A stretch of DNA of 64,000 bases from Vulcanimicrobiota bacterium (GTDB taxonomy: Bacteria > Vulcanimicrobiota > Vulcanimicrobiia > Eremiobacterales > Eremiobacteraceae): NCBI GenBank assembly GCA_963812135.1, contig CAWETU010000001.1, positions 1,600,001 to 1,664,000 of the forward strand, read 5' to 3'. Of the stretch, positions 1-9,227 are shown piece after piece. Every line of letters starts with the position of its first letter. Within the stretch, counting starts at the first letter, position 1. Position numbers and translations under genes: made by a program. Under the pieces are notes generated by a model. That model searched no databases and had not been told where the DNA came from. It saw only the letters and a program-made list of their open reading frames with translations.

Positions 1-1041
1 CGCGGGCGTCGGACCGACCGATCCGGAGAGGAAGGGCACGGGATTCACCGGCCGGCCGTCCACGTGCACTTCATAATGCACGTGTGGGCCGGTCGCAAAG
101 CCTGTCGATCCCAAGTCGGCGATCTGTTGGCCCTTATGGACGAACTGGCCGACCGACACGAGCGCCGCGGAATTGTGCCCATACCACGTGACATAACCGT
201 TGCCGTGATCGATCGCGATCTTGATGCCGAATCCGCCATCCCAACCCGCTTCAATGACCGTGCCGGCGGCGGTCGCAAGGACCGGCGCGCCGTAATAGTT
301 CACGATGTCAAGGCCCGTGTGAAAACCGCTGTCGGGATAACTGCGATAGCCGAAACCCGACGAGATCGACCCATCGGTCGGCCAAATCGAGGGAATCGCC
401 TCGAGCATGCGTCTGAACGCCAGCGACGCTTCTTCGCGCACTTGCGCCTGGTTAGACACTTCATCTTTGAGCTTCACGGTGTCCGACTGCACGCGATCCA
501 TGCCGACGTCGAGCAGCGCGAGGCTCAGCGACTCTCCCTGGAACGTCACGCCGCCGCGCCCGATGCCGAGCCAAGCGACGGCTTGCGTCCACCACGGGCC
601 GTGGATCGGCAGCGCATCGTTCGACGGCTCGATCATCGCGGTGGGCTTCATCGGCTTGTTGTTCAGCTGTTGCGGCCCGACGCCAGGCGCAGTGCTCGGG
701 CCAGCGCCGACACCCGCGCTGGGCGCGGTCAGCCGCTTGATCTCCTGATGCTCCGCCTGGATCTGGTTGAGCTGCTTCCACATGTGGCTGGTCTGGCGCG
801 AGAAATTGACGAGTTGCTGCTGCTGCGCGGCGGTGAGCCGCTGCAGCTCGCTGACCTTCGCCTCTTCGGCGCGCACTTGGACGACGTGCTCGATCAAGAA
901 CGCGGCGAACAGCGCCACGATGCACGCGGCGAACAGGGCCAAGTGGCCGTGCGTCAGCTCGAGTTTATAGATCGATCGTGCGTCGTGCGGGATGATCTTG
1001 ATGAGGACCCGCTTGCTCCACGCGTCGGGGCTTTTGGCCAC
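1..1041 (-). CDS. M23 family metallopeptidase with N-terminal TM and coiled coil (3' end runs off the window)
   Basis: Manual translation (not in ORF track): GTG 1041 after GGAGG; ...IPSIWPTDGSISSGFGYR...FHTGLDI...YGHNS...STGFATGPHVHYEV...NP; HxxxD and HxH motifs. Confidence 0.9.
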   Translation of the reverse strand, partial: MAKSPDAWSKRVLIKIIPHDARSIYKLELTHGHLALFAACIVALFAAFLIEHVVQVRAEEAKVSELQRLTAAQQQQLVNFSRQTSHMWKQLNQIQAEHQEIKRLTAPSAGVGAGPSTAPGVGPQQLNNKPMKPTAMIEPSNDALPIHGPWWTQAVAWLGIGRGGVTFQGESLSLALLDVGMDRVQSDTVKLKDEVSNQAQVREEASLAFRRMLEAIPSIWPTDGSISSGFGYRSYPDSGFHTGLDIVNYYGAPVLATAAGTVIEAGWDGGFGIKIAIDHGNGYVTWYGHNSAALVSVGQFVHKGQQIADLGSTGFATGPHVHYEVHVDGRPVNPVPFLSGSVGPTPA

Positions 1042-1061
1042 CCAACGTCCTCCGGTTCAAT

Positions 1062-1544
1062 TCACTGGCGGCGGCGCTTGGCTTGCGACACCGCGGTGTC
1101 TAGGGCGCGCTGCTCTTCGAGGCTCAGATCCTTGTCGCTGGCGAACTCATGGATCGCCTTGGCGTAGCTCCTGACCTCCTCGCGCGAGTAGATGCTGGAG
1201 ATCAAAAAACCGTTGCCGCGACCATCGACGGCCGCAAGGGCATACGACAGTTCCGAACCGACGTCAGCAAACGCGTTAAAGCGCACGAATCCTACGTGCT
1301 GCAAGGCTCCAACGGACGCCGCCTCCAGGGCGGACAACCGGTTGCGCAGTTCGTCGAGGTCCCTCTTGTCAGTCTCCGGCCCCGTCTTGTGAGCGGTGAT
1401 CCCGGAGGATCGGAACCTAGGTCGCGCAACAGCCCAGTGATAGATCGCCACAACGGCGATCGAGCACGCGGCGCAGATAAGAACGATGAATAAAATTGCC
1501 GCGGAACTCATACCCCCCGTGAGGGACGCCGTAGCGTCGCTCAT
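1062..1544 (-). CDS. DUF4446 family membrane protein
   Basis: N-terminal TM; GFVRFNAFADVGSELSYALA...GNGFLISSIYSREEVRSYAK motif. Confidence 0.8.
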   Translation of the reverse strand: MSDATASLTGGMSSAAILFIVLICAACSIAVVAIYHWAVARPRFRSSGITAHKTGPETDKRDLDELRNRLSALEAASVGALQHVGFVRFNAFADVGSELSYALAAVDGRGNGFLISSIYSREEVRSYAKAIHEFASDKDLSLEEQRALDTAVSQAKRRRQ

Positions 1545-1639
1545 CGGTCAGGTACCACGTTGCATTCGAACGCTTCCATGCCTGTCCTCCCCCAAAAGCG
1601 GCCCCCCTGTGTGATCCGTCCCACAAAACGCAAGCGGCG

Positions 1640-1787
1640 CCCGGGTGGTAAGGGGGCTCTAGCCGCAGGCCTTGCCGCGGCACCCGAAAGGTCCCACATG
1701 CCGCTGCTACCTTCCGGTCCTGACGGGGTTAGCGGGTTTTCGTCGCGCGGGTCCTGCGGCCGATACCCCCATGAAGTCGGGGCCGGC
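1640..1787 (-). ncRNA. ffs: Signal recognition particle RNA (ends approximate)
   Basis: Domain IV core CCGTCAGGACCGGAAGGTAGCAGCGG inside a long stem (GGGGGT..GGCCGCAGG / CCTGCGGCT..GCCCCC). Confidence 0.9.
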
Positions 1788-1789
1788 TT

Positions 1790-1877
1790 CGGAGAGGGAG
1801 GGATTCGAACCCTCGAGACGGTTTTAGCGCCTACACGATTTCCAGTCGTGCCTGATCGACCACTCCAGCACCTCTCC
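1790..1877 (-). tRNA. tRNA-Ser(GGA)
   Basis: GGAGAGG acceptor, anticodon arm CACGA-CTGGAAA-TCGTG, long variable arm, GGTTCGAATCC. Confidence 0.95.
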
Positions 1878-1934
1878 GGATGCGTCGAAGCGGCGCGCAC
1901 GCCGCTCGGATGACGTCAGTTCAAGTCGCGCCGC

Positions 1935-2459
1935 TTACTGCCCTCGCTCCACCTGTGCGCAGCTCCACTCGATCGAACCGGACACCGTGCCGCCCTTCAC
2001 GTCGCCGTTGCGCCCGTACAGCGTGTGATAGTTCTGAAAAACCGCTCGCCCTATCTTGCCGCCCGCAGCGATCGTCACCATCAAGCTGCTCTCCGGCCGT
2101 TCCTCGAGCGTCGTGCCGTGCGGAAAGCCGGGGCCTTGCGCGATGTTGAGCGTCAGCCCGGCTGAGTCCTTATACGAACCGTCGCCGGTGAATCCGGGGA
2201 CGAGCACCTCAGCGCCATCGACGAGAGGGTCGCTCTGCAGCGTCACGCTGTAGCCGTTCAACAACGTCTTGCCGGGTTTGCCGACGTAACAGGTCTTCAC
2301 CGCGGCGTCGTGCATGATGGAGATCGTGCCGTGCACCTCGACGTGCGCCATCGGTGACGGCGCCGGCGCCGGCGCGGTCCCTCGACTTCCCGATCGCGAC
2401 GCGCAGCCGATCGCGCATAACACGACGGCCAACGCGAGCGCAAGCGGCTTGCGATGCAT
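1935..2459 (-). CDS. Putative lipoprotein, function unknown
   Basis: ATG 2459 after AAGGA; signal peptide MHRKPLALALAVVLCAIGC, Pro-rich linker. The longer ORF start overlaps a tRNA. Confidence 0.7.
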   Translation of the reverse strand: MHRKPLALALAVVLCAIGCASRSGSRGTAPAPAPSPMAHVEVHGTISIMHDAAVKTCYVGKPGKTLLNGYSVTLQSDPLVDGAEVLVPGFTGDGSYKDSAGLTLNIAQGPGFPHGTTLEERPESSLMVTIAAGGKIGRAVFQNYHTLYGRNGDVKGGTVSGSIEWSCAQVERGQ

Positions 2460-2479
2460 CGACGATTCCTTTTGGGTGC

Positions 2480-2570
2480 TGGCGGAGAGGGTGGGATTTG
2501 AACCCACGAACGGGTATAAGCCGTTACTCGCTTTCGAGGCGAGCGCGATCAACCACTCTGCCACCTCTCC
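2480..2570 (-). tRNA. tRNA-Ser(CGA)
   Basis: Anticodon arm CTCGC-CTCGAAA-GCGAG, long variable arm, encoded CCA. Confidence 0.95.
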
Positions 2571-2652
2571 AGTGTTTGACCGCGCACAGTTCGGTCCGCG
2601 CCGCGTAGCGCCCTCCGCTGCCGAAGCCGTGAACTCCCTACGCGACGGTCTC

Positions 2653-3138
2653 TTAGAGTTCGCCGGCCTCACGCCGGGTGCGGAAAAACGCGCGCAGCAT
2701 TTCTGAGGCCTCGTCCGCTAAAACGCCCGACGACACTTCCACGCGGTGATTGAGCCGCGGATCGTCGACGATGTTGAGCACCGATCCCGCGCCACCGCCT
2801 TTGGGATCAGGACACGCGTAGACGATCCGGTCGATCCGCGCTGCGACGCAGCCGGCCGCGCACATCACGCACGGCTCTTTGGTGACGTATAACGTCGCCC
2901 CGTTCAAGCGCCATCCGCCGCGCCGCGCCGACGCTTGGCGCAACGCGACCATCTCGGCGTGCGCGGTAGGATCGTGATTCGCTTCCTTTTGATTGAACCC
3001 GACCGCGGCGATCTCGCCATCGATCGCGATCACCGCGCCGACGGGAACGTCGCCGTGCCTTTGCGCGACCTCGGCCAACTCGAGCGCGCGCCGCATGAAC
3101 GCGACGTCTTTTTCAGTCTGCTGCTCGATCGTGTGCAT
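2653..3138 (-). CDS. tadA: tRNA adenosine(34) deaminase
   Basis: DVPVGAV, HDPTAHAE, LYVTKEPCVMC motifs; start MHTIEQ at 3138. Confidence 0.93.
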   Translation of the reverse strand: MHTIEQQTEKDVAFMRRALELAEVAQRHGDVPVGAVIAIDGEIAAVGFNQKEANHDPTAHAEMVALRQASARRGGWRLNGATLYVTKEPCVMCAAGCVAARIDRIVYACPDPKGGGAGSVLNIVDDPRLNHRVEVSSGVLADEASEMLRAFFRTRREAGEL

Positions 3139-3165
3139 CCTTGCGCCTGTATCCGCGGTAATAAC

Positions 3166-3239
3166 CGCGCCCGAGTGGGCTCGAACCACCAACCCTCGGC
3201 TTCGGAGGCCGATACTCTATCCAATTGAGCTACGGGCGC
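3166..3239 (-). tRNA. tRNA-Arg(CCG)
   Basis: Cloverleaf, anticodon arm TCGGC-CTCCGAA-GCCGA. Confidence 0.95.
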
Positions 3240-3246
3240 ACTGCTG

Positions 3247-3318
3247 TGCCTCGGGCAAGACTCGAACTTGCGACCAAGGGCTTATGAGTCCCCTGCTCTA
3301 CCACTGAGCTACCGAGGC
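3247..3318 (-). tRNA. tRNA with CAT anticodon, most likely tRNA-Ile2 (lysidine); elongator Met not excluded
   Basis: Anticodon loop CTCATAA; paired first acceptor position (not initiator); resembles ileX-type sequence. Confidence 0.85.
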
Positions 3319-3330
3319 GTGGGAAGAGAT

Positions 3331-3405
3331 CGCGCTCGGAGGGACTCGAACCCCCGACCTCCAGATTCGTAGTCTGGCATTCTAATCCAGCTGAACTACG
3401 AGCGC
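3331..3405 (-). tRNA. tRNA-Arg(ACG)
   Basis: Anticodon arm CCAGA-CTACGAA-TCTGG. Confidence 0.95.
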
Positions 3406-3413
3406 ATGTCGTA

Positions 3414-3506
3414 CGGAGAGAGAGGGATTCGAACCCTCGATAGCGCCTTTACAGCACTATAACGGTTTAGCAAACCGCCGCCTTCAGCCAGCTCGGCCAT
3501 CTCTCC
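3414..3506 (-). tRNA. tRNA-Ser(GCT)
   Basis: Anticodon arm GCGGT-TTGCTAA-ACCGT, long variable arm. Confidence 0.95.
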
Positions 3507-3520
3507 TCGGGACGTCCGTC

Positions 3521-3550
3521 AGTGTACCACAGCCGCCGCGGTGCGTTCAA
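3521..3550 (-). promoter_or_regulatory. Putative sigma70 promoter of the tRNA cluster
   Basis: TTGAAC-18 nt-TACACT with TG extension, 14 nt upstream of tRNA-Ser(GCT). Confidence 0.55.
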
Positions 3551-4710
3551 GCCGGGGTGAGCTGTTTGATGATGTTTGCGACGCTTCGCGCCGCATCCGG
3601 CTTCGCTAGCATACGAGCTCGCGCGCGCATCGCGGTCAGCTCTGAAGCATTCGACAATAGATAGTCGAGCGCATGCACCAGCTCGCGCGCGTTCTGCACG
3701 CGGATGCCCGCGCCGCCCGCCTCCAGATGGCGCGTGTTGCGTTCCTCTTGACCGGGCAGCGGGCGCAGCATGAGCAGCGGCAGCTCGGCCGCGAGCGCCT
3801 CTGAACTCGTCAGCCCGCCGGGCTTGCTCACCAAGACGTCGGCGGCTTGCATATACTCGAACACATTGTCCACGAAGCCCGCCACTTTGACCGGATGTAT
3901 GAGCGTGCGCGCGGTCTCCGCCAGGCGGCGCTCGAGCGACGGATTCTTGCCGACGACCACCACCGTCTGCACGTCGTGCGCAAGGCGGTCGATGCCGACG
4001 ATCGCTTTTTCCAACGGCCCGATGCCGACGCCGCCGCCCATGAGCAACAACGTGATCCGATCTGGCGCCAACCCAAGCGCGCGCCGCATGGCGGCGCGAT
4101 CAGGACGCAGGCCGAAGCGTTCGTCGATCGGGATGCCTGTGATCGTCACGCGATCCGGCCGCACGCCGCGCGAGATCAAGGTCTGGCGCATGGCGCTGGT
4201 CGCGACGGCATACGCATCGATATTGCGATGGATCCAGAACGGATGCACGACGAAATCGGTGACCACACCGACGACCGCAGGCGCGTCCGAGAACTCGCGT
4301 TTGTATTCCGCCATCACGCCGCACGGAAACGCGTGCGTGCACACGATCGCATCGGGCATCAGCTGAGAGACGTAGTGGCGCAGGTTCAACGCGGTGTAGC
4401 GATGGAGCCACTTCTTGAACGCCGACACTTGCGTCGCGCGCTCGGCTTGCTCGTAGATGACGCGATACAGCTGCGGCAGCATCTTGACCATGCCGATGTA
4501 ACCGTTGCTCGCGACGCGATGGAACACTTCGGACGCATAGCGATACGAGTCGACGATCTCGCAATCGTAGTCGGAACGCCCTGCTTGGAGCGCGTTGCTC
4601 ACCGCCTGCGCCGCTGCGGTATGCCCTTCGCCGACGCTGGCGGAGAGGAACAGCACGCGTTTGAGGCGCGTCGCGGGCTGTCGTTCAAGCGTCGCGATCT
4701 GGAGCGCTAT
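3547..4710 (-). CDS. MGDG synthase/UgtP-like GT28 diacylglycerol glycosyltransferase (start uncertain: ATA 4710 or GTG 4656)
   Basis: LFLSASVGEGH, CTHAFP, VTDFVVHPFW, ITGIPI, SKPGGLTSSEA, PGQEERN. Confidence 0.88.
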   Translation of the reverse strand: MALQIATLERQPATRLKRVLFLSASVGEGHTAAAQAVSNALQAGRSDYDCEIVDSYRYASEVFHRVASNGYIGMVKMLPQLYRVIYEQAERATQVSAFKKWLHRYTALNLRHYVSQLMPDAIVCTHAFPCGVMAEYKREFSDAPAVVGVVTDFVVHPFWIHRNIDAYAVATSAMRQTLISRGVRPDRVTITGIPIDERFGLRPDRAAMRRALGLAPDRITLLLMGGGVGIGPLEKAIVGIDRLAHDVQTVVVVGKNPSLERRLAETARTLIHPVKVAGFVDNVFEYMQAADVLVSKPGGLTSSEALAAELPLLMLRPLPGQEERNTRHLEAGGAGIRVQNARELVHALDYLLSNASELTAMRARARMLAKPDAARSVANIIKQLTPA

Positions 4711-5048
4711 GGCTCTTCTCCCGACTGCACGTCGTCGGCGTGCTCGAGGAATCCGTTGAGGACCTCTTGGGCGAGTTGCTCGTCGGCGAGCAGATGGCCG
4801 AACATGTCGATCACCATGAACTCGTCGACCGATTCGCAATAGCACACCGCGTACTGCGCCACGTTCTCATCTTCACCGATCAGCGCCACCACGTCGAATT
4901 CGAGCTCCCGCATCGGCGCATCCGGCTGCTCGCCGATGCGCGCGGCCACCACGATGGTGTCGCCGAGCTCCACGCGTGTCGCGGTATGTTGGCTTCCATT
5001 GCGCACGGTCCAGCCCGGTTCACCGCCCTCGCGCGCGCTGCCTTCCAT
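4707..5048 (-). CDS. Small acidic hypothetical protein, possibly DUF1292-like
   Basis: Tightly packed after mltG; acidic, EFDVVALI..YAV; DUF1292 genes neighbour ruvX/mltG in Bacillota. Confidence 0.6.
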   Translation of the reverse strand: MEGSAREGGEPGWTVRNGSQHTATRVELGDTIVVAARIGEQPDAPMRELEFDVVALIGEDENVAQYAVCYCESVDEFMVIDMFGHLLADEQLAQEVLNGFLEHADDVQSGEEP

Positions 5049-5050
5049 TC

Positions 5051-6040
5051 TTAATGAAGGTAGCGGCGCACGGCGGCGTTCTGTTCCTCGAGCGTCTTCG
5101 AGAAGTGGTGGCGTCCGTGCCCGGCATAGACATAGTAGAGATAGTCGGTGTGCTGCGGGTTGAACGCCGCGGCGATCGACTGCGCGCCGGGGTTGGCGAT
5201 CGGCGTCGGCGGCAAACCGACATGCGTGTAGGAGTTGTACGGACTATCCACTTGGAGGTCGCCGTAGTGGAGCACGCTTTTGTGCTGCGGCAGCGCATAC
5301 TCGATCGTCGCATCCACTTCGAGCGGCATGCCGCGCTTCAGCCGGTTATAGTAGACGCCTGCCATGAGGCGCCGTTCTGAGTTCACCTTGGCCTCGCGTT
5401 CGATGAGCGATGCGACGGTGATGATCTGCGGCACGGTATAGCCGAGGTGGCGCGAGGCGCGATCGTAGTTCTTCGGGAGCTTGCGGCGAAACTGGTCGGT
5501 CATCACCGCGGCGACATCTTGCGCGTTCGAGCCGCGCCGGATCTGATACGTGTCCGGGTACAGATAGCCTTCAAGACCGTTGGTGAGCGAGCCGTCCAGC
5601 AACAGGCTGCTGTGTTGAACCGCGTCTTCAAACGCCGTCGCGGAAACGATGCCGAGCGCCTCGAGCCGGTGCGCGATCTCGCGCGCGGTGAAGCCTTCCG
5701 GAATCGTGACCCACGTCAATGGCGGCTTGCCGCCCGCCGCGAGCAGATCGACCACTTGCGCGAGTGTCAGGTGCGCCGGAAAATCGTACTGCGCGGCGTC
5801 GACGTGCGCCGCCACGCCGCGCGCCGTCGCATAATACTTGAGCGCGGTCGCGGATCGGACCACGCCGGCCTCGCGCAGTTGCAGCGCGATCTGGCCGATG
5901 CCGAATCCGGGCGGCACATCGACGCTCACCGGCGCGACCGGCAGCGACGAATCGCCGGTGATCAGCCAGGCCAGGCTGCCGCCGATTAGAACAACGACAA
6001 TCACGACCACGATGCCAATAATGCGAAGCGCGCGCATCAC
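5051..6040 (-). CDS. mltG: Endolytic transglycosylase MltG
   Basis: TIPEG, LEGYLYPDTY, ASLIEREA, DSPYNSY..GLPPTPIANPG. Confidence 0.95.
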   Translation of the reverse strand: MMRALRIIGIVVVIVVVLIGGSLAWLITGDSSLPVAPVSVDVPPGFGIGQIALQLREAGVVRSATALKYYATARGVAAHVDAAQYDFPAHLTLAQVVDLLAAGGKPPLTWVTIPEGFTAREIAHRLEALGIVSATAFEDAVQHSSLLLDGSLTNGLEGYLYPDTYQIRRGSNAQDVAAVMTDQFRRKLPKNYDRASRHLGYTVPQIITVASLIEREAKVNSERRLMAGVYYNRLKRGMPLEVDATIEYALPQHKSVLHYGDLQVDSPYNSYTHVGLPPTPIANPGAQSIAAAFNPQHTDYLYYVYAGHGRHHFSKTLEEQNAAVRRYLH

Positions 6041-6465
6041 GCGTCTCCGCGGCGCACGCGCGCGAGGTATGTTTCGAGTATCTCGACAGCGGCGAGCCGA
6101 TCGACCAGCGCGCGGCGCTGCGACGCGCTGCGCCCGGTATCACGAAGCTTGCGGTCTGCGGCCGCCGTCGTAAGCCGCTCGTCGACCGGCACGACCTCCC
6201 CGTCGTACGATGCGCGCAATGCGGCGATGAATCTGTCCATGTTCTCCGCGGCGGGGCCGGGCGCGCCGTCCAAGCGCAATGGATAGCCGACGACGATCGT
6301 CGTCGCGCCCCGCTCGCGCGCGAGCGCGATCACCTGCGCGATATCCTTCTCGCGCGATTCGTGCGCGATCGTGGTCAGCGGCAGCGCCGGGAGATCGACC
6401 TGCTCGCTCAATGCGACGCCGATGCGTTTGCTCCCGACGTCGAGCGCGAGCACCGCGCCGCTCAT
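6037..6465 (-). CDS. ruvX: RuvX/YqgF pre-16S rRNA nuclease
   Basis: LALDVGSKRIGVA, VVGYP, VDERLTT, VDRLAAVEILE. Confidence 0.95.
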   Translation of the reverse strand: MSGAVLALDVGSKRIGVALSEQVDLPALPLTTIAHESREKDIAQVIALARERGATTIVVGYPLRLDGAPGPAAENMDRFIAALRASYDGEVVPVDERLTTAAADRKLRDTGRSASQRRALVDRLAAVEILETYLARVRRGDA

Positions 6466-7277
6466 CGGGATGCTGCCCGCGGCCGCGCGCGCGCCGAACG
6501 ATGTGCGTCGTCAATCGTCAGTGATTTCGAGCGCCGCCCCAGTTGATACTCGACGAACGGCCGCGTCACGCGACGCACCCGCGCGACATCCGGCAGCTCG
6601 CGCAACGCGGCGAACGGCATCGTCCGCAGCCCGCGCAGGAGCATCAGCTCGGTCGCGCTCACTGAATACGTCGCGCCTTGACCCGTGCTCGAACCAAGCG
6701 CCTTCTCCTCGACCGCGCAACGGCTGCACACGAGTCCGCCGGATCCGGGAGAGAGACGGGCCCTGCCGCCTGCCAGCGGGCGCTTGCCGAGCGCGGCTCC
6801 GCAGCGCGCGCAGGCGTCGAGCTCGGGGGTCAGTCCGAGCGCGGCGAGCAGCCGCAGGTCGACGGCAGGCGCGAGATCCGCCGCAGGCACGCCATCACCG
6901 ATGGCCGCCTGCAGCTCGCGCAGCAGCTCGAAAAGGTCGGGGACTGCGAGGTCTGGCTCGCTCAGCGCATCGATCACTTCGCAGACATACGAAGCAAGCG
7001 CGAACGTCTCGGGCGCGACCAGCCGTTCCCAGATGCGCGGCGCCCCGGCGACCGAGCGCACGCCGGTCACGATATCAAGACTGCGGCCGGTGTGCAACGA
7101 CAGCAACGCGTGGCTGAAAAAATCAAGCCGCGCGCCGAATCTGCTCTGCGTCTTGCGCGAACCTTTCGCGACCGCATGCAGCTTGCCGCGCTCGCGCGAG
7201 AACAGCGTGAGGATGCGATCGGCTTCGCCAAGCGGCCGCAAGCGAAGGACAAATGCTTCAACGGAATAGGATTTCAT
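6462..7277 (-). CDS. recO: DNA repair protein RecO
   Basis: LGEADRILTLFSRERGKLHAVAKG; zinc finger CARCG...CSRC. Confidence 0.95.
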   Translation of the reverse strand: MKSYSVEAFVLRLRPLGEADRILTLFSRERGKLHAVAKGSRKTQSRFGARLDFFSHALLSLHTGRSLDIVTGVRSVAGAPRIWERLVAPETFALASYVCEVIDALSEPDLAVPDLFELLRELQAAIGDGVPAADLAPAVDLRLLAALGLTPELDACARCGAALGKRPLAGGRARLSPGSGGLVCSRCAVEEKALGSSTGQGATYSVSATELMLLRGLRTMPFAALRELPDVARVRRVTRPFVEYQLGRRSKSLTIDDAHRSARARPRAASR

Positions 7278-7287
7278 CGGCGGTGGC

Positions 7288-7341
7288 CGGTCGAATGAAT
7301 TCGACCGCTACAGAACTCGGCCGAATGAATTCGGCCGCTAC
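7288..7341 (-). repeat. Tandem pair of GTAG-type REP palindromes (7288-7311, 7318-7341)
   Basis: GTAG-CGGTCGAA-TTCA-TTCGACCG and GTAG-CGGCCGAA-TTCA-TTCGGCCG. Confidence 0.8.
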
Positions 7342-7344
7342 GGT

Positions 7345-7794
7345 TCAGCGCGCGGCCAGCTCCCGGTCGTCGCGTGAGATCGGCGGCTCGATGGCATGCC
7401 CGGTCAGCGGGGACGGCATGAGATCGCGCATGCGCACGCTGTCGTACGAGCCGTCTGCGCGGCAGCGGATGACGAGCAGATCCGGGGAGAACTCCGCGAG
7501 GACTTGGCGGCACGCGCCGCACGGCACGAAGCCGCCCGGGCTGTCGCCGGCGACCGCGATCGCGATGAACGAACGGGCTCCGGCAGCTGCTGCGGCACCG
7601 ACGGCGACTCGCTCGGCGCACATCGAGAGTCCATACGATGGGTTCTCGACATTCGCGCCGGTGAAGATGCGTCCGTCCGCTGTGAGCAACGCCGCGCCGA
7701 CACGGAACTGCGAATACGGGGCGTACGCGAATAGCCAAGTCTCCCAGGCTTTTTGCGCGAGCGCGCTGATGCGGTTCTCGTTCAGCCTTGGCAC
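7345..7794 (-). CDS. cdd: Cytidine deaminase (homotetrameric type)
   Basis: GTG 7794 after GGGAGG; AYAPYSQFRVGAA, GANVEN, CAER, PCGACRQ. Confidence 0.95.
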   Translation of the reverse strand: MPRLNENRISALAQKAWETWLFAYAPYSQFRVGAALLTADGRIFTGANVENPSYGLSMCAERVAVGAAAAAGARSFIAIAVAGDSPGGFVPCGACRQVLAEFSPDLLVIRCRADGSYDSVRMRDLMPSPLTGHAIEPPISRDDRELAAR

Positions 7795-7817
7795 AAGTGA
7801 CCTCCCCCGGTCGCTTC

Positions 7818-9149
7818 TTAGGAATGTCCGTTCTTCGCGGGCTTCAAACTTTGATCGCTTTGGGCCGTCGCGGCAGCGCCATTCACTGAACGTGCCTTCT
7901 TGATGCGGACGGAACGCAACCTTCTTCCGGCGGTCTCCTCGACGACGATCGTCACGCCGTCTCCGACAGAAATCGTATCGCCTGGCAACGGGACACGGCC
8001 GAACTGACCGAACGCGTAGCCGCCTATGCTCTCGTAGTCCTCGGTGGGCAAGGAGAGCCCGAGCTCTTCGTTGACGTCCTCGATGCTCATCCTGGCGTCG
8101 ACGACCGCCTCGCCATCGTGCAGGTGTTTGATTTCCGCTGGCTTGTCGTGCTCGCCGACATCGTACTCGTCCATGATCTCGCCGACGATCTCTTCGAGCA
8201 GATCCTCCATCGTCACGAGTCCGGCGGTGCCGCCGTATTCGTCGACGACGATCGCGACCGAGACCTTCTCGGCCTGCATCTCGCGGATGAGCTCGTCCAC
8301 TTTCTTGGTCTCGGGGATCGCTTTGACCGGGCGCATCAATTCGCGCAGCCGTTTTGAGGTCTCGCCGCGGGTCAAGGCGACCAGCAGCTCGCGGTCGTGG
8401 ACGACGCCGACGATGTGGTCGATGTTGCCTTCGTAGACCGGCAGCTTCGAGTAGCCTTCTTTGATCGCCAGCTCCACGCCGGCGGATACAGGACCGTCCG
8501 CGTCGGCGACCACCATGTCGGTCCGCGGCGTCATCACTTCGCTCACCGCGGTGTCGCCGAGCTCGAAGATGGAGTGGATCATCTCCTTCTCCTCTTCCTC
8601 GATGACGCCGTGCTCTTCGCCCGCGTTCACGAGCGCGCGGATATCGTCTTCTGTGACATACGGGCCGACGGCTTTCGGGTCGCCGCCGAACAAGCGGATC
8701 AGACCGGAGGTGATGCCGACAAGGGCCCAGGTCACAGGCGAGAGCAGGGTCGCCATCGAGTGCAGGAACCACGCAAGGCGCGGCGCCCAGCGAATCGGAT
8801 CTTGGACGGCGATCATCTTCGGCAATATCTCGGCGAACACGAGCACGGCCAGCGCCATCAAGACCGTCGCGACGAGCACGGGGCTGAACAGCCCGACTTG
8901 GATCGCGAGCCAGGTCGCGATCGAATCGGCCGAAAGCAGCACGATCGTGTTGCCGACCAGCATCGTGGTCAGGTACCGATTGCGATCGTCGAGCAGTTTG
9001 GAGAGCGATTGGCTCACGCTGTCGCTGGTCCGCTGCAACAGCCGTAAGCGGCTCATGGCGAGCAGCGCTGCTTCAGAGGCGCTGAACAGCGCGGAGAGCA
9101 CGATGAGGATGAAGATTGCGAGCAGGCTGAGCAGCCTAGGATCCGCCAT
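7818..9149 (-). CDS. CNNM/HlyC-CorC family transporter (DUF21-CBS-CorC)
   Basis: FSASEAAL, AEILPK, VMTPR, YSKLPVY, VDEYGGTAGLVTMEDLLEEIVGEI. Confidence 0.93.
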   Translation of the reverse strand: MADPRLLSLLAIFILIVLSALFSASEAALLAMSRLRLLQRTSDSVSQSLSKLLDDRNRYLTTMLVGNTIVLLSADSIATWLAIQVGLFSPVLVATVLMALAVLVFAEILPKMIAVQDPIRWAPRLAWFLHSMATLLSPVTWALVGITSGLIRLFGGDPKAVGPYVTEDDIRALVNAGEEHGVIEEEEKEMIHSIFELGDTAVSEVMTPRTDMVVADADGPVSAGVELAIKEGYSKLPVYEGNIDHIVGVVHDRELLVALTRGETSKRLRELMRPVKAIPETKKVDELIREMQAEKVSVAIVVDEYGGTAGLVTMEDLLEEIVGEIMDEYDVGEHDKPAEIKHLHDGEAVVDARMSIEDVNEELGLSLPTEDYESIGGYAFGQFGRVPLPGDTISVGDGVTIVVEETAGRRLRSVRIKKARSVNGAAATAQSDQSLKPAKNGHS

Positions 9150-9227
9150 GAACCTCCCTACTATTCGGGGTCTTATCCAGGTTCTCCACCCGGGTCCACG
9201 TCCGGCGGGACGCGCCGCCAGCGAGCG

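Noticed and set aside
7288..7341. Direct repeats as a mini CRISPR array
   Set aside because: Only two units with a 6-nt gap and no cas genes; better explained as REPs.
7345..8772. 475-aa ORF suggesting a long cdd fusion
   Set aside because: The upstream part is an alternate frame of the CNNM gene; cdd has its own RBS and GTG at 7794.
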